Below, piece after piece: positions 20,733 through 31,183 of a stretch of 64,000 nt of DNA. The position numbers and the translations under genes were made by a program. The stretch is from an uncultured Desulfobacter sp. (lineage in GTDB: Bacteria; Desulfobacterota; Desulfobacteria; Desulfobacterales; Desulfobacteraceae), in the NCBI GenBank assembly GCA_963665095.1, contig OY762069.1, forward strand, positions 3,456,001-3,520,000, read 5' to 3'. Below the pieces are notes generated by a model, which was not told the DNA's origin, did no database searches, and worked only from the letters and a program-made list of their open reading frames with translations. Numbering within the stretch: position 1 is the first letter of the stretch; the number at the start of each line of letters is the position of its first letter.

Positions 20733-21596
20733 TTACATCAATTCCTGAAAGGTGACACCGCTGGGGATCTTGTCTTTATCTATAGAGACAGAATAATCAC
20801 TAAATTGACGAGCAGGTCTGGAAGAGTCTTCCCGTTCGATTTTTATCGTATCAAAAAGTGTATGCGCGTGGGCATTGCCCAGCTCGCTATCATGCTTGAA
20901 GACAATCAACTTACGGCTGCTCATAAATCCACGGGCGGCGGAGCGGTCATGTTCAAACATGTTGCTCAAAGCATTCCAAAGTAGCTCCAGGTCTTCACCG
21001 CTAAAACCTGTTTTAGAAGCTAAAGGAGCTGAGATAAATCCTTTTGACATATACAAACCATAGGGGACGATATGTTTCCGCCCCATGGTCCTTTCTTTTT
21101 CCAGATCTCTTAAATTTGTGACTGCCATGCGAGTAATACTGATTTCCTGGGAAAAAATCGGCTCTACGCTTTTAGCAAAAGCGAATTGGACAGGCCCCCT
21201 GACTTGACCACAATTAACTTCGGTGGTCATTACTGCCCCAAAGGCTCTCACATCGAAAAAATTACTGCACATCCAGCCGGTAACTTTTTTAGCATCTTCT
21301 TCTTTTTTAGGAAGCTTTTTTTTCTGAGGTTCAAGATCATATTCTTTATAGGCCAATTTGTTGGTTTCATTGAGTACAGCTTTTTCTTGAATATAAATAT
21401 TATATCCCGGTTTGCCGTCCATAAGAATTGAAACATGATTTCTTATTTTACGTTTGAGGCAGACATCGGTTACCAGGCCGTACCCGGTTTCAGGATCAAA
21501 CCGGGGCAAATTCCCTGCATCAGGGTCACCATTGGGGTTCCCGTTTTCAACATCAAACAGCAGCACAAATTCGTACCGGTTAGCAATCGCAGTCAT
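20733..21596 (-). CDS. cas7: Type I-C Cas7/Csd2
   Basis: [45 protein letters not shown]. Confidence 0.97.
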   Translation of the reverse strand: MTAIANRYEFVLLFDVENGNPNGDPDAGNLPRFDPETGYGLVTDVCLKRKIRNHVSILMDGKPGYNIYIQEKAVLNETNKLAYKEYDLEPQKKKLPKKEEDAKKVTGWMCSNFFDVRAFGAVMTTEVNCGQVRGPVQFAFAKSVEPIFSQEISITRMAVTNLRDLEKERTMGRKHIVPYGLYMSKGFISAPLASKTGFSGEDLELLWNALSNMFEHDRSAARGFMSSRKLIVFKHDSELGNAHAHTLFDTIKIEREDSSRPARQFSDYSVSIDKDKIPSGVTFQELM

Positions 21597-21599
21597 GAT

Positions 21600-23366
21600 T
21601 TAAACCTCCTCATTTTTTTTAGTAAAAAAGCTTTTACGCTGATGATAGTATCCAATCATAAAAAGCCCTTGCGCCTCTGCAGGAAGTGTTGCCGGGAAAG
21701 CGTCAAACTTATCCACGATTTCCTGAACCAGTCTTTCAAAATAGGTTGCCCGTCCCGTTTTTTCAGGATCTTTTCTAAGCTTAGCAATATGATTGGTTGA
21801 ATTCTTTAAAATCATGTGGAAAACAAGTCCCGGTGTAGCCGAAGCAGATGAAAGATAACGGTCTTTCATGGTTGCATTGGCACCGGGAATCGCCTCTTCC
21901 TGTGCTTTTTCCAAAACTGAAAAAAGACGACCCAATAGATACGATCCATCGGTTCTCTCAATGTCCAGCGTCATGGTTACCTCCTTTAAATTAGTCGCGG
22001 TTGAATTGCGCATAAGAAAAGCTTTAAGCATAGCAGCTCGAAAATAGGTTATATTGTGTTCACTGCGAATACGTTGAAGAACAAGCGGTAACAAATTCTG
22101 CGGAAAAGCAGAACCTGTTAAAATTGCGCGGGCCATGTTGCCTGCCAATACCGGTGAAACATTCTCACTTTTCCCTTGAGAAGCTGTTTGACAGAGCAGA
22201 CGCCAAAGCGGCGGGTATTCAGGCTCATTTTCGAACTGCCTTGCAATGGAAAGCTGGTCAAAGTAATTACTTATTCTTTTTAACAGGTTGCCGAAACTGT
22301 CCACTTCCCAAAAACGAATGGAAAGTCGGGCTGCATTGGGCGATAATCCTAAAATAAAAAACCGAATCGAATCATCCAGGTCCGGCATTATATCTGTTAC
22401 TCTACGGCCGTCTTTGACCGCACGTAAAAGCCCACGTATCTTTTCGGCTGTTTCCTGGTCATCCTGGTTCTTTTTCGAGGGATCTGTTTCTATTTCAGGA
22501 GGATCAAAAAGATCCGCAAAAAGGTCTTCAGCCGGACTGGGTTTTTCAGCCCAGAAAACCAGCGTCATGTCGCCGATGGTAATATGCTGGCGGCTATTAG
22601 ACGATAACAGTGAGTTTAAGGCTGTGGTATAGGCAAAGGCTGACATTTCACTTACAGCAGCTTTATCTTGCCCATAGGAGACAAATGCCGTTGCATTGTA
22701 TGAAACGATATACCCCCCTGATGTTTGCCCTCCCCTGACTCCTTTTATCGGGGTATGAACTCTGGCTTGGGGGACATCTTTTTCACCATTGACCATACAT
22801 TGGATACTGGGAGCGCTGTTTGACTGCTCAACGTATTTCAACCAGGCGTTGCGGACAAGGCTTCGCTCATGAATATAACCGGTGGTTCCATCCAGCCGAA
22901 ATACAAAATTAGCGTTACACAGGTCATCCCAGGAATGATATTCTATAAGCACAGATTCAGTTTCCTGGCTATTCCATTGCTGGAGAAAGGCTAACACGGC
23001 GTGAATAGCGTTATCTTCTATGCCTTGGCACACTTCGCTGATTAATCCTTGAAAAGCTTCAAACCGCGATCTATTATCATCTGTAGGCCCATCGGAATCA
23101 GCCCCCAGCACATAGGCCGCCTTATCCCACAAAAAATTGGCTTTTACACCAGATGTCCTGGTAACTGCGGCTGGCACAGGGATCATTCTGGGGATTAATT
23201 TCCTTCCACTTTGTTCCCTTAAATCATCCACGCCCTTGAGTGATCCTTTATCATCAATAATCAAGGCAAATGAGATCTTCTCAATACTTGTGCCAAACGG
23301 CGGCATCCCGGAGTCTGAGTCTGCAGCCACTCTTTCATAGTAACTGTTTAAGGCCTGGAGAATCAT
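21600..23366 (-). CDS. cas8c: Type I-C Cas8c/Csd1
   Basis: [43 protein letters not shown]. Confidence 0.96.
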   Translation of the reverse strand: MILQALNSYYERVAADSDSGMPPFGTSIEKISFALIIDDKGSLKGVDDLREQSGRKLIPRMIPVPAAVTRTSGVKANFLWDKAAYVLGADSDGPTDDNRSRFEAFQGLISEVCQGIEDNAIHAVLAFLQQWNSQETESVLIEYHSWDDLCNANFVFRLDGTTGYIHERSLVRNAWLKYVEQSNSAPSIQCMVNGEKDVPQARVHTPIKGVRGGQTSGGYIVSYNATAFVSYGQDKAAVSEMSAFAYTTALNSLLSSNSRQHITIGDMTLVFWAEKPSPAEDLFADLFDPPEIETDPSKKNQDDQETAEKIRGLLRAVKDGRRVTDIMPDLDDSIRFFILGLSPNAARLSIRFWEVDSFGNLLKRISNYFDQLSIARQFENEPEYPPLWRLLCQTASQGKSENVSPVLAGNMARAILTGSAFPQNLLPLVLQRIRSEHNITYFRAAMLKAFLMRNSTATNLKEVTMTLDIERTDGSYLLGRLFSVLEKAQEEAIPGANATMKDRYLSSASATPGLVFHMILKNSTNHIAKLRKDPEKTGRATYFERLVQEIVDKFDAFPATLPAEAQGLFMIGYYHQRKSFFTKKNEEV

Positions 23367-24028
23367 GATTTTACCTCCGAAGATAAAGGAGAGGGCGGTC
23401 TGATAATTCCGTTTTCCATAACAGCTTTAAAAAAAAGAGGGGTTTGATTGTTATTAAAATCTATGTCCAGCAACATATACCCCAAATCCTTAGAGTATCC
23501 GTTATAGCAAGAGACCGGAATTTCATCTTCCAGCAGTTCGAAAGCGGCGGGGAACTCCCGGCATCCTAAGCACGGCTGATGAAAAAACTGCCCATTTTGT
23601 GCCCGTCTGTTAAAGATACTCAGATGCTTGCCTTCGTTATCATCACTACCGGCCTTATCCGTCATTTCAAAATGCGCCTCAATGATATAAGCGACGTCCC
23701 TGAGCAGGGTAGTCGCACGCTGCTGTCTGTTTTTACCGTCATCGACAAGATAATAAAGACGTTTTTCCTTGCTCATAACCGTGGAGGGATTAGGTTTAGG
23801 AATCTTAGACGCCACTTCATTGCGGCGGACATTATCGAATTTAATAGGATTTAAAACGTGTATTTTATCAATGACCCAACGAATAGCCGGCTTCCAATGA
23901 ATTGCTTCCAGAATACCTCGAGCGGCCGAGGGCGTCATAACATCATAAGATACACGTTCCACTTTCATCTCCGGGCGGGTAAAGCAGGCATAATCGCCCC
24001 AGACCTTCAACTTGATTCCAAATGCCAT
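23363..24028 (-). CDS. cas5: Type I-C Cas5c (crRNA-processing nuclease)
   Basis: [37 protein letters not shown] 24028 after AAGGAG RBS. Confidence 0.97.
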   Translation of the reverse strand: MAFGIKLKVWGDYACFTRPEMKVERVSYDVMTPSAARGILEAIHWKPAIRWVIDKIHVLNPIKFDNVRRNEVASKIPKPNPSTVMSKEKRLYYLVDDGKNRQQRATTLLRDVAYIIEAHFEMTDKAGSDDNEGKHLSIFNRRAQNGQFFHQPCLGCREFPAAFELLEDEIPVSCYNGYSKDLGYMLLDIDFNNNQTPLFFKAVMENGIIRPPSPLSSEVKS

Positions 24029-24050
24029 AAATTGTCTCCTTTTTAGAGAT

Positions 24051-24090
24051 TGCAGGCCATAAATATCATCTGTTTTATAAATGGCCTGCA
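24051..24090. repeat. 10-bp perfect inverted repeat (hairpin) closing the mini-guide RNA, just upstream of the cas5 RBS
   Basis: TGCAGGCCAT (24051-24060) / ATGGCCTGCA (24081-24090). Confidence 0.7.
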
Positions 24091-24146
24091 TGCCCTAGCT
24101 GCTTCTACCTAATGTTTCAATCCACATTCCCGTATTCGGAAACGAC
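24051..24146 (-). ncRNA. Candidate CRISPR-like regulatory RNA (CreA/CreR-like): solitary diverged repeat + 23-nt guide + hairpin
   Basis: Repeat GTCGTTTCCGAATACGGGAATGTGGATTGAAAC (24114-24146, minus) keeps the 3' handle and hairpin; guide ATTAGGTAGAAGCAGCTAGGGCA (24091-24113) matches the PAM-flanked site 24305-24324. Confidence 0.85.
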
Positions 24147-24154
24147 ATATCCTT

Positions 24155-24229
24155 TTATGGGGACTCCAAAACGAGTTCAACATCAAACAGTTCTTTTCCC
24201 CAAATGGCTATTTTAAGCTTTATCCGCAT
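24155..24229 (-). CDS. Unannotated 24-aa peptide MRIKLKIAIWGKELFDVELVLESP (candidate CRISPR-repressed toxin or leader peptide)
   Basis: Strong SD GAGGGGGG (24235-24242) 5 nt before ATG; stop 8 nt before the diverged repeat; lies directly downstream of the promoter. Confidence 0.6.
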   Translation of the reverse strand: MRIKLKIAIWGKELFDVELVLESP

Positions 24230-24262
24230 ATGATCCCCCCTCTTTAAATTAATTGCATATTA

Positions 24263-24291
24263 AAAATAGAAGGGAAAAAGTTAATAGTCAA
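24263..24291 (-). promoter_or_regulatory. Sigma70-type promoter for peptide ORF, mini-crRNA and cas5-cas8c-cas7
   Basis: TTGACT (24286-24291) - N17 - TATTTT (24263-24268) on the minus strand. Confidence 0.7.
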
Positions 24292-24301
24292 GAATAAATT
24301 A

Positions 24302-24324
24302 TTCATTAGTTAGAATAAGCTTGG
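24302..24324 (+). promoter_or_regulatory. Cascade target site of the mini-guide (TTC PAM + partial protospacer)
   Basis: TTC then ATTAGTTAGAATAAGCTTGG versus guide ATTAGGTAGAAGCAGCTAGG: 16/20, mismatches at 6, 12, 13, 18. Confidence 0.8.
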
Positions 24325-24331
24325 TAACTAA

Positions 24332-26521
24332 TCATTGAATTAAACTTCCAACGTCCCAAACATCTGCACGGTCAATCATCAAGCCCACATCACCGCTATA
24401 CGCCCCCTTATTTTGTAATATCGGGATCTCGTCATGAATTAGTTCAATTGCTCCTACAGTATACAACTTGGTGTATTCTCCGGCCCTAACAGCAACCAGA
24501 TAGGGTTGAAGTTTTCTAAGCAGAATCCCTGGAAATTCTGTGTACCTAAGCTGTTCAACCAATTGCTCTGCTTCTGGTTCCCCGGGCACCACAACGCCAA
24601 TCGTATCGTCTTCAATAAACCGAAAATCCCGGGCAACCTCCTTGAAAGGGAACAAAAGATCTTTATCAAGTATCTTGGGATTTAAACGGCGCATGATCTG
24701 TTTCTTATCCAGATCTTCGATGTCATAAAGCAGTTCAAAATAACGCCGCATCACCTGAGTACTCATAGGATCATATTCCGGCATACAGCGTATTGCCTCA
24801 GCGGTTTTCGAAATACACCTGTTAAGCCAGGGCATCCGAGGCTTTTTTTCCGGTTCAAAAATAAAAACCTGCCCAAGCCCTTTCATCTTGCCCTCTCGAT
24901 TACAACGACCGGCAGCCTGAGCAATGGAATCCAAACCAGAGATGGCCCTGAAAACAACCGGAAAATCCAAATCAACCCCAGCCTCCACAAGAGAAGTGGC
25001 AACCACCACACATTTTTTATTTTCACGCAAACGCCGCCTTATTCTCTTAAATATCTGCCTCCGATGCTGTGGATACATATTTGTGGATAAATGAAAAATC
25101 CCGACATTTTTTTTATTTAACAACTCGAATATTTTCCGGGCTTGTGATTTTGTGGCGGCAATACACAACGCCTGGTTCTCAAAATTCATAAGCTGCGCAA
25201 TTTCTTCATCCGTTTTTTTCCCGATAAAAGAGACATTGGTGCGCTTTAATTTTGAAAAAATTAGGTCTGGCTCATCAATTATTTCTTTAATTTGCGGCAA
25301 AGCTGACCGTAAACGACTGGTATCATCAAAGGCCGGTTGAGTTGCTGTGCATAAGACGACGGTACAACCGTAGTGAGCCACCAATTCCCGAAGGGCGGCA
25401 AGGCAAGGTTCTAGATAATCAGCCGGGACGGCCTGTGCTTCGTCTATCACAATAACACTTCGAGCAATATTGTGAAGTTTACGGCAACGGGAAGATTTAT
25501 TATTAAAAAGGGATTCAAAGAATTGTACATTGGTGGTGACTATAATCGGGCAATCCCAATTTTCTGTGGCCAATCCCCGTCGCCGGTTATAAGCAGCCTC
25601 TTCGGGTTCATCAGATTCTTTATAATTGCAATGATGTTCGAGAACTGAATTTCTCCCAAAAATATTTTGGAAAACTCCTGCATTCTGTTCAATGATTGAG
25701 GTGAAAGGAATCGTATAAATTATTCTGTCCATACCATTTTCGACCGCATGATCTAAAGCGAAACTCATGGAAGACAACGTTTTTCCGCCACCTGTCGGCA
25801 CTGTGAAAGAAAAAAACTGTGGCGGTAATTGGGCTTTTCCTTTGCATTGGCCGAATATAATCCTTCGAAGCTTGTTCACATGGGTCGGCTGAGCGCTTGC
25901 AAGAATATCATTCATGTAAATTTCCATCTTGCGTTGAAGCTCAGATATGTTTTTTTCTTGCTGGAATCGCCCCCTTTCTTTTGCAATTTCGGGGGCACAA
26001 AATTTTTCAGTATCTAAAAAGTCAGCGTCAACAAGGCAGGAAAAAATCATTCGAGTAAAAAATGACAAAGAAAAGCCCCCAGTTTCTCTTTCCAGTTTAA
26101 ATGGGAAGTCTAATTTTTTAAGATACGGGTTTATTAAATCAAGTTTTTCAGTTTCATGAGAATTGTTATGCTTTAACCGAAAATGCAACTGTGTCTCCTG
26201 CTCTCCACCGTCAGGAATCCCACCATGATGGCCCGCAATTGCATAAGATAAGAGCAGGCCAAGATTACCACTGCTTTCCTTTGCCAGGCAAGCACCAAAG
26301 GAGGAATGGTCCACTCGTTCTGGACTACCCTCCAATCTTCGTTGAAAAGCTAAAGTTGCTTTTCCGGCATCATGCAGTAATCCAGCCAAATTCCCCCATT
26401 TTTTTGCCTCGAAAGTTCCCGAAAAACAACCCGCCATATTGGCAACATTCGTCAGATGAGTTTCCAGAAGCTGCCATTCTTTTTTTGGTCTCTCTTGTAA
26501 ACTGTGTGCGTAGTATTTCAT
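24332..26521 (-). CDS. cas3: Cas3 HD nuclease-helicase
   Basis: YAHS…LLHDAGK, AGHHGG, LVDADFLDT, PTGGGKT, IDEAQ, QAAGRCNR; ATG 26521 after GGAGAGG. Confidence 0.97.
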   Translation of the reverse strand: MKYYAHSLQERPKKEWQLLETHLTNVANMAGCFSGTFEAKKWGNLAGLLHDAGKATLAFQRRLEGSPERVDHSSFGACLAKESSGNLGLLLSYAIAGHHGGIPDGGEQETQLHFRLKHNNSHETEKLDLINPYLKKLDFPFKLERETGGFSLSFFTRMIFSCLVDADFLDTEKFCAPEIAKERGRFQQEKNISELQRKMEIYMNDILASAQPTHVNKLRRIIFGQCKGKAQLPPQFFSFTVPTGGGKTLSSMSFALDHAVENGMDRIIYTIPFTSIIEQNAGVFQNIFGRNSVLEHHCNYKESDEPEEAAYNRRRGLATENWDCPIIVTTNVQFFESLFNNKSSRCRKLHNIARSVIVIDEAQAVPADYLEPCLAALRELVAHYGCTVVLCTATQPAFDDTSRLRSALPQIKEIIDEPDLIFSKLKRTNVSFIGKKTDEEIAQLMNFENQALCIAATKSQARKIFELLNKKNVGIFHLSTNMYPQHRRQIFKRIRRRLRENKKCVVVATSLVEAGVDLDFPVVFRAISGLDSIAQAAGRCNREGKMKGLGQVFIFEPEKKPRMPWLNRCISKTAEAIRCMPEYDPMSTQVMRRYFELLYDIEDLDKKQIMRRLNPKILDKDLLFPFKEVARDFRFIEDDTIGVVVPGEPEAEQLVEQLRYTEFPGILLRKLQPYLVAVRAGEYTKLYTVGAIELIHDEIPILQNKGAYSGDVGLMIDRADVWDVGSLIQ

Positions 26522-26869
26522 TCCTCTCCACAGACATTCCCTTTGTGGTAAGCAAACTGAGTTCAAGCCATTGGTAAATTAAATCATTTTAACTTACTGA
26601 AAGGGACATTTTTTATAACGTTAAAAAACAACCAGTTCAAAATTTCCAATAGACAATGCTGCACCTGCTTCTAAAATCCCTGCTCGTCTATCCGTTCCAT
26701 TTGACCTTCCAGAAACTTGCTCAACACAGGATCACGAGGCAAGCCCAAGTTTATCAACGGCAACTTTTCTTGTCAGAAAAGGTTTGATTGAGTTTAGCAG
26801 AGCCGGGGCTGTGACTACTCCCTCATCAAATTTTTAAAATGTGCTGGCTCATAAGGTTCCTTTAATGCA

Positions 26870-28006
26870 TTATATTTTTACAAGCTTTATCTCCTCGATC
26901 ATTGTGTTAATCTCTTTGATCTCCTGCTGGGCGGATTCGACCCCGGCGGCGGTGGTCAACAGGTCGAAAAACCGCCCATTGGCATTGAGTATCCGGCGGG
27001 AAGCGTCAGGTTCGCTATAATCGGTCCGGCTGTAGTGGGTTTCTATTTTCTGTTCAAAGTCATTGCGTAAATTTATTGTGATCAGGTCCAGCTCCACAAG
27101 CCGGTAAAGAAAGGCCTGGGTTGAAATACCGAATCTGTGTTTGATACGCAGCAGAAGCTCCCAGGTCCAGGTGGAAGGGCTTACGCCCAGCTGGGCCACG
27201 GTGGCTTTTACTGCGGTGTCAGGCATGAGAAAGGTGGCAGCGAAATGTTTGGCCGCCCGCATGGACTTAATGGGGCGCGGGTCGTCCGGTGTTGGGGCTT
27301 TTTCCGGGAAAAGCGTGTCTTTGCGATGGGTCATCTGGTTGAAAATCAGGATCTTTCCCAGTTCGGCAGCCAGGCTGAACAGCTGCTTTTCCGGGTTCTT
27401 GCGCGTGTTGATGAAAAAGAAGGCGTTTTGATGGGTGGGTTCATAAAAGGAAACCGACTCAAGATCCTGGGCGGACCGCATAAAAGGAAATAAAAGAACC
27501 CGCAATCCGAAATTTTCAAACAGCTCAAGGTAATCAAATACCACAGCATCGCCTGTGCCCATGGCGGTTCTGATCCGGGCGGCCAGGGCCTCCATGCCGG
27601 TGTATTCCGGGTCAAAGGGAAGAGATAAGGGAATGGTGGCGTGTTTCTGGACCCCGAGAATATCCTCCAGGGAATGGAATGCGGCCATGAGATCCCGGCA
27701 GGCAGACAACAGGGCTTTGGGTGGCACCGCCGCATCCGGTTCAATGGTTACCAGGGCGGCACTGGTATCCTGGGCGGCAGCTCCGGCACGGGACGTATCC
27801 GGGGCAAACAAAGCATTGGCAGGGACATCCAGTGCCTGGGTCAGGTTGAATATCACTGTGGCCGAAGGCAAATTCTCACCGCGTTCGATGCGGCCCAGGG
27901 GACCTTCCTGGATACCGATTTTGGAAGCTAACTGAGCCAGAGTCCAGTTGCGTGAGCAGCGGAAAAACCGGATATTTTTTCCAATGAATGTTAAGTCCTG
28001 TGACAT
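26870..28006 (-). CDS. XRE-family HTH regulator fused to ImmA/IrrE (DUF955)-like domain with degenerate HExxH
   Basis: N-terminal IGKNIRFFR…TLAQLASKIG…IERGE; FSLAAELGK in place of FTLAHELGH; AKHFAATFLMP. Confidence 0.8.
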   Translation of the reverse strand: MSQDLTFIGKNIRFFRCSRNWTLAQLASKIGIQEGPLGRIERGENLPSATVIFNLTQALDVPANALFAPDTSRAGAAAQDTSAALVTIEPDAAVPPKALLSACRDLMAAFHSLEDILGVQKHATIPLSLPFDPEYTGMEALAARIRTAMGTGDAVVFDYLELFENFGLRVLLFPFMRSAQDLESVSFYEPTHQNAFFFINTRKNPEKQLFSLAAELGKILIFNQMTHRKDTLFPEKAPTPDDPRPIKSMRAAKHFAATFLMPDTAVKATVAQLGVSPSTWTWELLLRIKHRFGISTQAFLYRLVELDLITINLRNDFEQKIETHYSRTDYSEPDASRRILNANGRFFDLLTTAAGVESAQQEIKEINTMIEEIKLVKI

Positions 28007-28117
28007 GACGCCATACAATCATAGCATTACTTCTATGTCAATAATTAATGATATTATTCATAAAAGTGATACTTATGTAAGATTTTATAGGAATTTCATA
28101 CCCGGCCTGATAACCGG

Positions 28118-30839
28118 TCAGCGTTGCCCTACCATGGGGGACGGCTCGGGCTTACCGTGATAATAGCCCTGCTGGTAGTCGATGCCCAGCTCCCTGGCCC
28201 TGGCGGACAGACTTTCATCTGAAATAAACTCGCCAATTGTCTTCATCTTGAGTTTATTGGCGTAGGAGACAATGGAATTCACCACATCAACGGCACGGTC
28301 GTCCTTTGTGATGAGCTTAATGATGCTGCCGTCTATCTTAATGAAGTCCGCCTTGATCTTAAGCAGATAGTCAAAGTTGGAATATCCGGTTCCAAAGTCA
28401 TCTATGGCGATCCTGGCCCCGGCTTTTTTAAATTTGGAAATAATTGACATGGCAGAGGAAGACGAAGAGAGCTGTTCTGACTCCACGATCTCCAGAATCA
28501 TGCGCGACATTGTTTCCGTTTCAAGGGCATATTCATAGATAAATGCCATGGTCTCTTCGTTTAGAATATCTTCAGTGGAGATATTGATGCTGAACTCCGT
28601 GTCACTGCCGGCAAAGGTGTCCATGGACTTTTGGGCAATAATCTTTGTCAGGGTCGGATAAAACCGGGTCTGTTTGCTGATATCAAGAAACTCTGCCGGA
28701 GAGATAATGCCGCCATCTGTATCCAGGATGCGCATAAGGCACTCATACTTTGGTTTTCCGGCGCCCATGATCAGCTGGAAAAACGGTGCAACCCGGTCTT
28801 CATCAATGGCACTGCTGATTATTTTAACAACCCGGGTATTCTGCTCATAGATTTTGCTGTTATCCAGTTCAAGGGGATCATAGGCATAATGACCGATATT
28901 GTTTGCCTTTGCAAATTGCAGGGCCGCATCGGCATGGGACAGGATGTTGTCTGATCCATGGGCATAGCCTGTGATGGTGCTGATCATCAGCTCCTTATCC
29001 CCGATGATGAACGTCTTCCTTGTGATATCCTTAACCGCTGTTTCGACATTGATTATAAACAGATTTTTATCGCTGTGGGTTGAAAATACGGCAAATACAT
29101 CGGAATGCAGCCGGTAAACAAAGTATCTGAACAGCCGAACAGTTTCGGCCAGCCTTAGGGCAAACACCTTCAGCAGCTCATCACCGAGCTTCATGCCGTA
29201 GGTTTCATTAATTTTATGAAAGTCGTCAATGTCAATGATCGCAAGGTCTGCTGAAGCGCAATTTTTTATCTCCATGATCAGGCTGTTTCGGTTATTCAGC
29301 TCCGTCAGATGGTCGAAATTCAAGTATTTCTGGAGTTGTGATTGATTTTCAAACACTTCGGTTACATCATGGCTGATGGAAAAATATTTAATCACCTCAC
29401 CGTCTTTATTCTTAAACGGTACAATGGTGGACTTCTGGAAATAGTATCCCCCGTCTTTTTTAAAATTTTTAATAATTCCCCGCCAGGTTTCGCCTCTGGT
29501 AATGGTTTCCCACAGTTCCTGGAAAGTAGCGGCAGGGTTGTCCGGGTGGCTCAGCTTACTGTATGTTGACGCCAGCAGTTCTTCTTTTCGGAACCCGGTG
29601 ACTTCACACATTTCATCATTCACATGGGTGACTTTCCCCCCCCAGATCTGTGATGCTGACGATGGCGCTTGTGTCAATTACAGTTCTGTACTGCAACAGA
29701 TCATTAACAAAAATTTCCTGCTCATACTCAATTTTCCGGATTCGTTTATAAATCATCAGAGATACCGCCAGAGTAGAGATAAAAAGAAGGAGAATAATCA
29801 GAATATTTTTTATGATCTCGTGTTTAAGAAGCTTACTGCCTATCTCCTCCTCAGCCTGCACAAGCTCATGAAAATTTTCAAAATAAAAGCCGGCCCCCAC
29901 GATCCAGTCCCAATCAGGAATATAGAGAAGATAAGATATCTTTTCAGCTGATTGTGCCTGCCCCGGGATGTTCCAGTAGTATGAACTGAACCCACTGCCT
30001 TTTGTTTTTGCGATATCAACGAAATCCTTGAAGACAAATTTATCCTTCGCGTCTTTATAGGTTCTTAAATCGATATTGTACAAAGAGGGGTCTATATGAA
30101 AAATCATTTTGTAGGAGGTTGTAACTACCCAGAAATAGCCGTAGTTCTGATAGCCGAACCGTTCATCCGTTATAAATCCCAAGACTTCCTGTTTAACCTT
30201 ATCTACCAGGGATTCCAGATAATATCCGGTGCCGATAATCATATCAAAGGTTTTATTGTATCTGGCATAGCCAAGCTTTTGGTAATGGTTATCCCCCCTG
30301 CCGGGTCTGTAGAAATCGTATTGCCCCGTGGCAGAACCATTGGCTTTGGTATTTTCAAGAAATTTAATCAAATCGGGAAACTGGGTTTCCAGGGAGTAGA
30401 TGTTTTTATCCACAAGTTCCGGGCGGGCCCCATGATATCTAATGGTGCCGTCACCTGACATGATGTAGAAATAGCCGGCCTTCCTGTTCCAGTTAAAGGA
30501 GTTGATCATATTCCTGATATGGTCTCCATACTGGGCTCCTTTATGGTTTACATGCACATTTTGAATAAAATCCTCCGCCGACCTTACCTGATCCTTCAGA
30601 CTCTCCATGGCGGATTTGGTCACGCTTGTTCTTATGGCGTATATGCGTTTGACCATTCTTTCAACTTCATTTTTAATCAGCTCCTTTTGCTGGTCAGTGT
30701 AGAATGCTCTGAGTGCGGCTTTATTTTTTTCGCTGAATTTCGTGAAGATACTTTGCATATTCCACAAAATAATCCCTGAAAATACGCATGCTATCGTAAG
30801 GGCTGTAAACAGGGTGATACTGGATATTTTTTGTTTCAT
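28118..30839 (-). pseudogene. Cache-Cache-PAS-degenerate GGDEF-EAL phosphodiesterase split by a +1 frameshift in a G8 tract
   Basis: ORF 29616-30839 (TM, Cache domains, start of PAS: IVSITDLGG) and ORF 28118-29677 (GGKVTHVND PAS, RLHSDVF, ECLMR, DDFGTGYS) join in frame if the C8 run at 29636-29643 is C7. Confidence 0.85.
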
Positions 30840-31183
30840 ATTGACAGCTCCTCCGTTTGAATGAAAACAATTGTTTCCCCCTGAAGTGACGATGAAAAAG
30901 TGAACTATTGATAAAAACCATGTTCAAGGGGAGCGGGAACCTCTTTATTGTTTAAGATGAGAGGTTGCTTTAAGTCAAGAAAAACAAAGACGTCTCCAAA
31001 GAGGTGATGATCGAAGCGGTGAATTTTAAACCAGAGGTTAAAGCCTGGTCTGCTTATTAACAGAAAAATTTAAATTTTCAGGCCCACTTCGCCCCGGACC
31101 GATGCCTGGCCTGAATCAGACATCCATGCAGGGATAGGCGGGCCGTGTTCTGGAAACGACCGTATTACCCAGAGGAGACGGAT

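Noticed and set aside
24029..24091. N-terminal extension of Cas5 given in the ORF track
   Set aside because: The RBS and family N-terminus point to ATG 24028; the extension overlaps the hairpin of the mini-RNA.
8842..26521. Transposon plus I-C Cascade as a CRISPR-associated transposon (CAST)
   Set aside because: cas3 and the adaptation genes are intact, no recognisable TniQ, and the cas genes lie outside the element ends.
26665..26673. CTGCTTCTA match between the mini-guide and the cas3 upstream region
   Set aside because: Only 9 nt, lacks the PAM-proximal seed and a correctly placed TTC PAM.
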